This document shows positions 49,201-61,300 of a stretch of DNA of 64,000 nt, piece by piece (within the stretch, counting starts at the first letter, position 1; each line of letters opens with the position of its first letter). The position numbers and the translations under genes are program-made. The stretch comes from Camelus dromedarius. Its lineage: Eukaryota. Under the pieces are notes generated by a model. That model had not been told where the DNA came from. It saw only the letters and a program-made list of their open reading frames with translations, and searched no databases. The stretch lies in contig NC_087436.1 in assembly GCF_036321535.1 (NCBI RefSeq), positions 58,964,001 to 59,028,000 of the forward strand, written 5' to 3'.

Positions 49201-51458
49201 TTCCTCAGTCTAGAAGGAATGCTTTACAATAGGAAGCTTTAAATTGCCAACCTTGTCATTTAATGAAATAAATATTTATATACCCTCAACATTCAGTTTC
49301 ATTAAATTTAAACACTCCTTTACAAACTAATTCTTCTCAGCAACTCTCAAAATGTTTGAATTCAGAACACTGTCATAATGAAGGTTCTAGATGCAAAGCA
49401 AGGATGCAGACCTATGTTCCACTCCCCAGTTATCTGTGCAGTCTTTTTATAGTAGGTACTTCTGTCAATTTTAATTTCATCTTGGCTAAAACACAAAATG
49501 GTGTGAAGGCTAAGCAGATGGTTGTCACAAACAGAAACACAAATAAAATTTATGGGAAATTTTCCAGTCTGGTAGCAAAAAAGGGAATTAGTCACAAAAC
49601 TTATCTTATTGTTCATGAGTATCATGTGCCAAAGCTTTCAAATAACATGTGGAGAATAATCTTACTTGTGAGTGCAAACAATTTATAACACATTCAACTG
49701 AATTGCCAGTGTGATTGTTTGTAAAGAGCTAATAATTGTTAATGTACTGCAATGATTTTCTTATTAATGGATAAAAAGAAAAATATATATAACAAAGGAA
49801 AAAATTAGGAAATGAACACTACACTTTATGTTGGTAGGCAGTCTTTGCCTTGAACTGAATTGTGCTCTATTTAAATGAATTTTAGGAGGGAAAAAATATA
49901 TTTTATGTTGTAGTGGGTTGAATAGGGGTAGCATTTGAGTATATCCTTCTGCTTTTATTCTTAGAGTAACTTATTCCTAATGTAAATAAGATTCATCCCT
50001 TGAATTCAAACTTCGTATCAAGAAGAGAAGACAGGGAGGATATCCAGTATTTTTCAAGTCTGGAAAAGAAGTAAGAGAAGTCAAATAGTTGGTTTTGTAC
50101 TTTATGAGTTCTGAGGAATTTCTCATGTTTTAGTATAGAAAGGTGTGGCCAAATTACATTGTGTCAGGTATTTCTCATATTGTAAGTTAGCCCAAAGAAC
50201 TTCTGGAAGACACTTAGGTTTGAGATCCCCTTTGTTATTTGCATTAAGCATGTTAATTTAGGTCTAACATATAAAGGATATAAAGCTTCAATATAAAATT
50301 CAAGCACAGAATCTAGGGCCACTTCAAACACAAGCAGATTAGGCTCACCTGAATGTTAATAAGGAACTCCAGACCCCTCTCTCTTCTCCTTAAAATAAAT
50401 CTAACTAAGCAAATGCTGAGAAATACTTTTATCTCATTTACTCTGAGAGTCATAGTGTGAAATAGTGATTTTTGAGGGAGATCTGGAATACAAATTAAAT
50501 AAATTCATCTGAAAATGTGGAAACAACATATGTTTATAAATTGTATAATCAAATATTTTACTTACAACTGTTTTAAGATACAGAACAAAATTAAGTATTT
50601 TTTTTGTTATTTCATGGTATTGATTAATTTTCACAAAGTCTATACAAAAAATATACAGGTCATACTCAATGCTTCTTACCAAAATATGAAAAGCAACATA
50701 CAAACATACATATTAATAAAAATATGGAAATAAAAATGTGGAAAGCCACATATATACATCCATGTATATAGAGCCATGCATATACTTTTTATATACATTA
50801 TAGATAGACAGACAGACAGACAGATACAGATGAGAGACAGGCACTGCCTTAAAATCATTTTGGAATACATCTTATTGATTCAAACATAAGACAGCACTAA
50901 CTTCTAAATTCTTTTGAGTGGTTTAGAATACACAGAAACCTCCAATCACAAGTAATTTAAAATTTTGGGTGCACTGTAAAAAAGTTGGATTTTTAAAAAT
51001 TACCCGTTTATAGGCATCAGAGAGCTGTTCAAAAAGCCAGGACAAGAAAGATCAATATTGCCAAGAAGGGAGGGTCAAAGAGTTGAGCCAGAATTCTGCA
51101 TTTGGTTTTTCTCTGGGATATACTTACCAATTCTGAGTGCAGAACAAGAGGCTGAGAATCCAGGGTTTCCCAGGCAGAGCTACTGCTACAGGACAGAGAA
51201 GCCACCAGAAATTCTTGCAGAATTATAGAGATGGGAATATAAAACTGGAGACATTAGGAGACTCAACCACATGGTCATTCTCTCCATTAGAGTGAAGCTT
51301 TTCCATATTGATAAGAAAGCATAGGACTCAGATGACATTTAGTGGTCTCCTCGCCCTCACCAAAAAACTAGAGTCTTTCTTCAGAAGCTGTTCTCAGATG
51401 GACTCTGAGCTCCGCCCCCCCCCCCCCCCAATAGTATTGACAATTTGATATCTGATTC

Positions 51459-51894
51459 TGTATTAGTTTGCTAGGGCTGCCATACAAAGGATCACAAACT
51501 GGGTGTCTTATACAACAGAAATTTATTGTCTTACAATTTCGGAGGCTGGATGTCCAAGATCAAGGTATTGGCAAGTTTTGTTTGTATCGAAGGAGAAACT
51601 ATCTCCAAGCTTCTAATTTGCTGGCAATCTTTGACCTTCCTTAGCTTATAGATGTATCATCTTGATCCCTGCTTTCACGTTCACATGATATTCTCCCTGT
51701 GTACATGTCTCTGTGTCCAAATTTCCCCCTTTCGTAAGGACACTAGTTAGATTAGATTACAATTCACCTAAATGATTGCATTTTGATTTGACTACCTCTG
51801 TAAAGACCCTATTTCCAAATAAGGTCCCATTCAGAACACTGGGAATTAGAGCCTCAACATACCTTGCTGGGGGCACACAATTCACCCCATAACA
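51459..51894 (-). mobile_element. MLT1C/B-like solo LTR
   Basis: TGTATTAGTTTGCTAGGGCTGCCATA...CCCTATTTCCAAATAAGGTC...CACAATTCACCCCATAACA. Confidence 0.92.
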
Positions 51895-52129
51895 GAGCCT
51901 AGTTTTCAGGGATATCGTGAGTCCATTCTGACTTCACTCCATTTCTTTCCCCACAGTGCTGACGTAGGCGATTTGGCACTACTCACTCTTATGATGGTAT
52001 TGGTTATATCTCATTTGGTTTTGTTGTAGAAGTTATCAGTTGGCTTTATTATGCCTGTGTGTTCTGTTATTGTGGGAAATATCATGAGATTCAATAACTA
52101 TAATACTGCCGTTCTGTTGTTAGCCCCCT

Positions 52130-53250
52130 AAGTTATTTTTCAGTCATATTCAACACTGAACTTTTTTCAGTTTTCAGAATCATGTTCTTTTGTTCAAGAG
52201 AATTTTCAGTCATTTTCCTTTTCATCATTTTTTTTTCCTCCATACTCTCCATTATTTCCTTTGGAAAATTGTTAGTCATTGGTTTGAAAGAACTTGGACA
52301 GTATTCCCTGTCTGTAACTTTACTGTATTTTCCTTAACTTTATTTCTCCTGTAGCGTTGCCTGCAGACAGGTTTAATACTCTTTACCTCTTAAGTCAATA
52401 TCCTCTCTTCAGTATGTCAAGACCATCATTTTGTCCATCTTTCCAGTTACTACATTTTCATTATTACCAGATGATCCTTTTTTAAAGCTTATTTACTTAT
52501 TAATTGAAAACCCCTAATAGATGTTATTTCCACCTGTAAGTTGAGAATTTTAATCATGCTTAATTTTACATCTTTTTCTTATATTCTATTTTCTTGAATG
52601 TATTGTTGCTTGTTTTGGAAACTTGGGTTTACATTTGGTGGCACAGGATTCCTTAATGAATTTTGTAATTTTAGTTTGAGCTAAAAACTACCTGAAGATC
52701 TTTCTGTTCTCTGTTCAAAGCTTTTTATCAATTAGTTGATCCCAAGGTCTTTGGGGTTCATATTTCCAAATTTGTGTTAGCTATGGGTAGGAGGCTGGCT
52801 ATGTTTCTGACCTTTAATTTATGCCTTTGATTCTTTTTCTGGATATAAGCAACTATAAGTTTTCTGATGGATTCCAGGAGGACGGGTGAAAACAATTTTT
52901 CTCCTGTTTATGATTTGGAAGCTTACCCCCACTCTTCACCTCAAACACGGAGCTCAGCATCATTTCTCTGATGCCAATGGTAAATACAAACCTGCCCCCA
53001 GGTCTCAGTCACTAAAACTCTAGCCCTTGGAGCCTATCCCTTACACCAGCCTTTGTAGGACCCTGCGACTTCAGTGCCAACTTAGAAGCTTGGCTTTCCT
53101 TTTAATATATATTTATGGAAAATTTCATCTTGTTTTTATACATCAACATTTACTTTAATAGTTAAAAAACACTTTACCTCTCATAAGTTTGAAGTAGATT
53201 GTCAGATTTTAAAATGTGTTCATGCTACCATCATGTCTCAGAATTCCAAG
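52130..53250 (-). mobile_element. Very old HAL1/L1 ORF1-5' remnant
   Basis: T-rich degenerate sequence with GAGAATTTTCAGTCATT and terminal CATGCTACCATCATG motifs. Confidence 0.4.
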
Positions 53251-55099
53251 AATGTTTAGGGGTTATAATGGCACTCACTAGTCAGTAGCCAAGTACAGTG
53301 ATCTTCCAACTAAACACTGGCCCAATTAACTGCAGTTCTGTTATTGATCCCATGTGTGACCCCAACCAAGTCAGTTTATCTTCTGAATGTAATGCATATC
53401 TTAAATTCTGGTCCCATGTCTGATTATTTCTCTGTCTCTTCACAGTTCAGAATGGCCATGGCATTCTTTCAGTTAATCTAAAGATGAGGCTGTCCCTTTC
53501 TTCCTCCCAGGAAGACAGTGAGTGTGTGTGGCAGAGATAAAACACTGTACTTCCAAAGTAGACACTGTAGAGATGAGCAAATTTCTTTCTTCTCTAGGTC
53601 ACTTGCCAGATGGATCACCACATGCCTCCTAAATATTCTTCCTATGATTAATGAGTCACTTGGCACAACCAAACATGGCTTAGTCATAGTTTCAGGAATG
53701 AAACCCCCAAGAGTCTGTTCTTACACTGGGCACTAAAAAGGTCGTAGCTCAGAAATCTGGCTCCACATGAATTTTCACTAAATATTTCATAGACTTGATA
53801 ACATTACTAAGTTTCTGAATGTACTAATCCATCTGAAGATTCAAAATTATAACTAATAAAATAGATTCATAATTTTAAATAGTATGGTCTTGAAAAAATT
53901 AATAGGGGTATATAGCTGTTGGTCATGTCATCATACAAATATAAGCTTGCATATAATAATAATAATAATTTTTATTCTTGAAAATAATTTTATATAAAAA
54001 TGAAAAGTTTGATATCATGTATCCTAAAATTTCATTATGGTAAATCAGTGGCATTATCTGCCAAGGTAATCAGAAATGTCAGGTTTAATTTTAATATGCT
54101 TGAAGCATTTATTTAACCATCTGTCTACATCCCATAACAGTATAGAAAATAAAATAAAACAAATCATGTAGATATCAGTAAAACACACAAGGTAAGAACA
54201 GATCTTCCACAAAATATTATCCTATTGCTGCAAAAATACACTCAAGGCTAACCTTACTCTAAATCATGTAAGGACAAAACTCTAGGAACTCATAAGCAAC
54301 AAACATACTAATATTGAAACAAAGCCTATGGCACATATATCAAAACCACTGGCTAGAAAAGGAACAAACAAGTTCTTTAGTTTATATTTTAGTCTTACAA
54401 AACTACTGTTCCTAATCACATACTCCTGAAAAAGTATTCTGAAAATTCACATTGGTCATAAAGCAAACCAAATTTCCCCAGTTTATATAAATGCAGTCAT
54501 TGTGGCAAATCTGACTTTTATTCTTACATCAATGTTCCTCAAAATATATTTGGTGGAAAAATGGTTTTGCAGCATGTTGATAGGCATTACAGAAGTTTCC
54601 ATTCTATGAGTAAAATTATAGTAGAAAAAGTCCGATTTATGTGAATCCACTTAGGGAATTTACTGGCATGGTAAATAATTTTAATATTCTGATTTGCACC
54701 TGTATCATAAAAATGAAATGAAAAACAATGGAAATTAGTCAAGAGGAGTATATATTAAAACTCAGGTTAGTAATATAAGTACTAATTTTAGAAATAAGTA
54801 ACATTTTAATTTTTGTACCATTATTATGCTAATAACATCAAGGAATATGATACCACATCCTGAACTTCACATTTGACTTTAATAAAAATCTATGAAGAGG
54901 GTCATTTTTGCAAAATTATCTGAGAGCTAATTCAGTGTTCTTAAGGGCTTCTTAATCTTTTGATTTCAAACGGTCATCATTCGCAATTTTTCATTTTGTT
55001 TGTAATTTTTCATGATTTACTGCATTTGCTTTGTTTAATCACACAGTACAGTTGACCACCGACTGTTCCACTGCTCTGTTAGCTATTTACCTGTCTCTC

Positions 55100-55580
55100 A
55101 ACCTCAAACTGCTGGAGCTGAGAGTCTCCAATTTTATTTCCTAGTCTACCTTGTCAGGGGCTTCCTCTAGGCACTGCCAAGAGGAAACTGTGGTAGGAAG
55201 TCACAAGGCAGTAAGAAGAGAGAAAGGTCTGTCTCTGTCTGAAAGTGTGAGAGTTGCTGGAGGCCGCTTTGTGGCAACAGGAGGGGTAAGGCAGGTTTGA
55301 ATTCCTGCTGCCTGAGCAGGCCAAGCAGCACACTTGTTGACTCTAGTAGCACTGGTCACTGCTGCATTTTTTGGGGTGGACCCCCAACCAGGTATAAGAA
55401 AGTCTCCCAAATCCAGCAGCAGTCACAAGCTTGTGGGTTTCAGAACAAGAGTGGCGGCAACTTCTCAATATTACTTTTCTTCCTTTTGTTCCTCCCACAA
55501 CCCCTTGTTTTGCCTTCGCTCTTGTCCTTTTAACAACTTTGGAACCATTTCTCTGGACTAAATTCCACCTGTTTTAAATG
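55100..55580. mobile_element. LTR33-like ERVL LTR remnant
   Basis: GC-richer block with CTAGGCACTGCCAAGAGG and recurring CAGCAGC. Confidence 0.5.
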
Positions 55581-55850
55581 AGCAGGGTCTTATTTGGAAC
55601 CATTTCGGTTTTCATGTTGTGTCACACAGACATAGATGGGCAAGGATATATTTTCTTATGAGTATGGCAGATTGCTGGAGTAGACGCTAATTTTTAAGTG
55701 ACTGGTTTATTAGAGACTATTTAGTGCAAAGGATTACTTTTTCCCATCCCAAACAAAATGTGCTTTGAGAACTAACTGATGAATTCCTAGACATCAGTGA
55801 TGCCCTTTAATCTTAGTATAGGTTGTCATAGTCAAGTAATTTTGGGAAAG

Positions 55851-56261
55851 GTGGGTGGAATAAATTGTGCCCTCCCCAAATTTGTATATTGAAACCCTAA
55901 TCCCTTGCACCCCAGAATGTGACTGTATTAGGAGACAGGACCTTTACAGTAGTAATTAAGGTTAAATGAGGTCATATGGGTAGGCTCTAATCCAGTATGC
56001 TGGTGTCCTTCTAAGAGGAGGAGATTAAAGACTTACAGAAAGAGACACCAGAGAATGGGAGGGCCCAGAGACTAGGTTATGTGAAGACACAATGAGAAGG
56101 CAGCCACGTACAAGCCAAGGAGAGAGGCCTCAGTAGAAAACAAACCTGCTAAAACTTCATCTTGGACTTTCAGCCACCAGAAGTCTGACAAAATTAATTT
56201 CTGTGGCTTCAGCCCTCAGGTGTGTGGCATTTTGTTACAGTAGTCCAAGCAGACTAACACA
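55851..56261 (+). mobile_element. MLT1B-like solo LTR
   Basis: AATTAAGGTTAAATGAGGTCAT, CAAGCCAAGGAGAGAGGCCTCAG, GCAGACTAACACA. Confidence 0.92.
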
Positions 56262-56871
56262 GAGGGTGACAGTAAGGTAAATAGGTCTATTTACTGTGCA
56301 GATCTTCACTGTGCGTTTTTCAATGAGATCATGCCATATGGTTTCCAAATAGCTCACTAACCGCTTTTTCTGCACAGAACATCTCACAAATCTGGTGTCA
56401 GCAGAATACGCTTTCCAAATCTGCCCTACGCTTTTTGCTCTTCATCTCATTTCTACCTTTTATCCCCATTTTTTTCGATTTCCTTAATAAGACACTTAGG
56501 ACTGTGACTCTTGAATACAAACACTGTCCTTTACTTTTACTTTTCATAATTGTTAACTACAGGCATTATATTGAAAGTCCTAATACATCCTTCCCAGCCA
56601 ACATCTGCATCAGTCCCTCCTCAAAGGTGAACTTTCATCTATGAGCATGACTTCATGGCTCCCTTATCTCCCCCTTAATATACATATTCAGCACAACAAA
56701 ATCAGGCATTAACTGGAAGTCTCAAAAGAAACACACGGACATATTTTACATAATTTCAATAGACTTGAATCTCTAAAACATACCAATATTTTCTCCGAGT
56801 TAGTCCAGGATAGAAAAACCCTCACAGATTTGGAAGATTCATTTATTCCCTCTGTTTTTTATAAAGTAATA

Positions 56872-57402
56872 GTGCATTATTACTATTACTGTGTAACAAA
56901 TTACCTCTAATACTTTCACTATTATCTCACTATTATACTTTCACTAATACTATCTCACAACCTCTATAAGTTGGGAATTTGGAAATCGCTTAGCTAGTAA
57001 TCAGGGCTCAGTTTCTTATGAGGTTTTAATCCGGATGTTGGCCAGAGCTGCAATCATTGGAAGGTCTGATGAGGACTGGAAGATCTGCTTCCTAACTCAC
57101 CTCTATGGCTGTTAGTAGGATGCTATCATCTCTCATTAGCTGTTCTCCAGAAACCTCAGTTCCTCACCATGTGGACTTCACACAGCATGACAGCTAGCTT
57201 TCCAGAGCTACTGATCCAAGAGAAAGGAAAAACACACAATATCTTAATGATCTACCCTCAGAAGTGTCATGCCATCACTTCTGGCATATTCTACTGGTTA
57301 CAGAGACCTTCCTCGACAAAATGTGTGAGGAGACTGACATATAAGAGAGTGAACACCAGGAGGGCAAGATCATTGGAGCTCTCTTGGAGGCTGGCTTTCA
57401 CA
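56872..57402 (-). mobile_element. MLT1F/G-like LTR
   Basis: CTGTGTAACAAATTACC, GACTGGAAGATCTGCTTCC, GTGAACACCAGGAGG. Confidence 0.85.
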
Positions 57403-57929
57403 TATAGAGAAATGCAAAATGAACTGTCAAATTTTGACACCAATTATTAATGTCTTCCTTAGGTTTTTACTTAAAATATTTTGTCAGTGTAACCTATTTC
57501 TCATGATTTTTAACTCTGGGTTTTTTTTTTTAATATTTTCAAGTTTTATGAGCTGTTCCAATAATTATATACCAATCATAACACCATGAATATCAAGAAA
57601 GTTTTGCTCATACTAGTGGAAAAAGTAGAGTAACTGAGAAGTATGTGTGAGGCAGGTACGAATTTATCTTGTCTCACTCAAATATCACACATTTATTTTA
57701 TATCAGACTCTCATGTTTCAAAAGAAAGTAGTTCAATAATAGCCTGGAAAATGAACAATAATTTATGTATCAGATAATGTATATTAAACTAAACCTATGA
57801 CAACCAAAATAATGAAAAGCTTACCAAAAAGAAAACATCTTCCTCATATCTCTAAGATTTTAAATTGTCAGGTAACTTCAGTGTGACAACCTCAATTATT
57901 ATAGAACTTGATAGCACTTTCCCCAGTCT

Positions 57930-58310
57930 TGACAAATGCCTCATTATACACATAATTGCTTGAGCTTGGAATGTGAGCCATTTTCAATTTCTGATTTTGC
58001 CTTATCCTCCACATCCACTTAACCAGCAAATTCTGTTGATTCAACCACCAAATTATATGACAAATCCATCCACTTTTATCAATTTCCACCTCATCAATCT
58101 AACTGCATATCATCAACATTCCATCTCTGGTCTATGCAGCAGTGTCTTGTCTCCTTTCTTACATTATTTTTTATCAATCCCATTTTGTCTTCACTCAGGA
58201 ATCAGAGTCATCATTTCAAATGGAAACACAAAAGTAAAATTGTCAATGGCTTCCCCGTTGCATTTAGATTAATTTTCAAACTACTTACAATGACTTTCAA
58301 GGCCCTACAT
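57930..58310 (+). mobile_element. L2 fragment
   Basis: CAAATTCTGTTGATTC, CAATGGCTTCCCCGTTGC, TTCAAGGCCCTACAT. Confidence 0.65.
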
Positions 58311-58314
58311 TATA

Positions 58315-61300
58315 TTTGTTTATTTATTTATTTTTAGTTTTATTTACTGAAGTGTGGTTAATTTAAAATATTATATTAGTTTCAGGTGTACAACATAGTA
58401 ATTTGAAATATTTATAGATTATACTCCATTTAAAGTTATTATAAAATATCAGTTACATTCCCTGTGCTATACAATATGTCCTTGTAGCTTATTTTTGTTA
58501 TGCATAGTAGTTTGTACCTCTTAATTCCCTATGCTTATGTTACCCCTACCCCTTCCCTCTTTCCAATAGTAACCACAAGTTTGTTCTCTATATCTACGAG
58601 ACTCTTTCTGTTTTATTATATTCATTCGTTTGTATTATTTTTAGATTCCTCATGTAAGTGATAAGATTCAGTATTTGTCTTTCTCTGTCTGACTTATTTC
58701 ACTAAGAACAGTATCCTCTGGATCAATGCATGTTTTGGCAAATGGCAAAATTTAATTCTTTTTCAAGTCTGAGTAATATTCCATCATGTGTATGTAATAC
58801 ATCTTCTTTTATCCATTCATCTATTGATGGAGACTAGGGTTGCTTCCAAATCTTGGCTATTTGTAAATAACATGAATGTAAATGCTACTATGAATATTGG
58901 GGTGCATATATCTTTTCAAATTAGTGTTTTTGTTTTCTTTGGATATATACCCAAAGTGAAATTACTGGATCATATGGTAGTTCTAGTTATAATTTTTTGA
59001 GGAAACTCCATACTGTTTTCACAGTGGCTGCAGCAATTTAAATTCACACTAACAGTATGTAAGGGTTCACTTTTCTTTACATTCTCACCAGTGTTTGTTA
59101 ATTATGGTCATTTTGATGATAGCCATTCTGACAAGTATGAGCTGACATCTCATTGTGGCTTGATTTTCAGTTTTCTGATGATTAGCAATGTTGAACATCT
59201 TTTCCTGTGCCTTTTGTCATCTGTATGTCTTTGAAAAAATGTCTACTCAGGTCTTCTGCCCATTTTTTATTCAGGTTATTTGTTTCTTTGATATTGTGTT
59301 ATCTGAGCTGTTTATATATATTGAATATTAATCCATTATTGAGCATATCACTTGCACATATTTTCTCCCATTCAGGAGACTGTCTTTTCATTTTGTCAAT
59401 GGTTTCCTTTGCTTTGAAAAAGCTTTTAAGTATAAGTAGGTCCCATTTGTTTATTTTTGCTTTTGTTTCCTTTCCCTTAGAGACATATCCAAACAATATT
59501 GCTACAAAATATGTCAACAAATGGTTTGCCTGTGTTATCCTCTAAGAGTATTACGGTTTTCGGTCTTACATATAGGATTTAATCCATTTTGAATTTGTTT
59601 TTATATGGTGTGAGAAAATATTCTAATTTTATTCTTTGCATACAACTATCTCATTTCCCCAGCACTATTTATTGAAGAGTCTGTCATTTCCTCAGTATAT
59701 ATTCTTGCCTTTATTGTTGTAAAATAACTGACATAAATGTGTAGGTTTATTTTGGGCTCTACTTTATTCTATTGATCTATGTGTCTGTTTTTGATTATTA
59801 TAGCTTTGTAGTATAGTTAGAAACCAGGGAGCATGACTTCCAGCTCTGTTCTTCACTCTCAAGTTTACTTTGGCTATTTGGGGTCCTTTGTGTTTCCATA
59901 CAAATTTTATAATGGTTGTTCTAGTTCTGTGAACAAGCCATTGGCATATTGATAGGGATTGCATTAAATCTACAGATTGCCTTGAGAAATATGGTTATTT
60001 TAACAATATTAGTTCTTCCAAACCATGAACACGGTATATCTTTCCATCTGTTTGTGTTGCCTTCAGTTTCTTTCATCAGTGTCTTATAGTTTTCTGAATA
60101 TAGATCTTTTACCTCCTTAGTTAGATTTATTCCTAGATATTTTATTCTTTTTGCTTTAATCATCAGATTATTTTCTCATTTCTCTTTCTGATAGTTCATT
60201 GTTAGTAAATAGAAATGCAACAGATTTCTGTACACTAATTTTGTATCCTGCAAGTTTACCTATTCATTGATGAAGTCTAGCAGGTTTTTTGGTCCCATCT
60301 TGAGGATTTTCTGTGAATAGTACTATCATGCCATCTGCAACCAGTGGCAGTTCTTCAGTGATCTTGGCCTGTAGTTTTCCTTTTTTTGTTTGATATCTTT
60401 GTCTGGTTTGGGTGTCAGGGTGAGGCTGGACTCTTAGAATGAGTTCAGATATGTTTCTTCCACTGCAATTTTTTGAAATTGTTTGAAAAGAATAGGTGTT
60501 AACTAATCCTTAAATGCTTGGTAGGATTCACCAATGGAGCCATCTGATCCTGGACTTTCATTAGCAGGGAGTCATTTTATTATTGATTCAATTTCATTTA
60601 TGGTAATTGGTCTGTTCATATTTTCTATTTCTTCTTATTTCAGTCTTGGGAGACTATATATTTCTAGGAATTTGTCCATTTCTCCTAAGTTCTCCATTTA
60701 TTAGTGTATAATTATTTGTAGTAATCTCTTATGATCCTTTACATTTTTGTGGTATCAGTTGTAACTTCTTTTTCATTTCTTATTTTATTGACTCTCTCTT
60801 TCTATTGATGAGTCTGGCTAAAAGTTTATCAATTTTGTTTATCTTTGCAAAGAACCAGCTCTTAATTTCACTGATATTTTACATTTTTTAAGTCTCTATT
60901 TCATGTATTTCTGCTCTGATCTTTATAATTCCTTTCCTTCTACTAACTCTGGAATTTGTTTTTCCTACTACTCCTAGTTCCTTTCAGTGTAATATTAGGT
61001 TGTTTATTTGAGATTTTTTCCCTGTTTTCCTGAGGAAGGCCTGTATGGCTATAAACTTCCCTCTTAATATTCTTTTGTTACATTCCATAGATTTTGAAAC
61101 ATTGTGTTTTCATTTTTCTGCAGGTATTTTCTAATTTATTCTTTGATTTCTTCAGTGATCCATTGATAGTTTAGTAGCACATTGTTTACCTTCCATGTGA
61201 TTGTGGGTTTTTTTTTTTTTTTTTTTTTTGCAGCTTTTTTCTTGTAGTTGATTTCTAGTCTCATAGCTTGTGGTTGGAATGTATACTTGATATAATTCAA

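Noticed and set aside
51416..51429. Poly-C run as a G-quadruplex/regulatory element
   Set aside because: Simple homopolymer with no supporting context; length unreliable.
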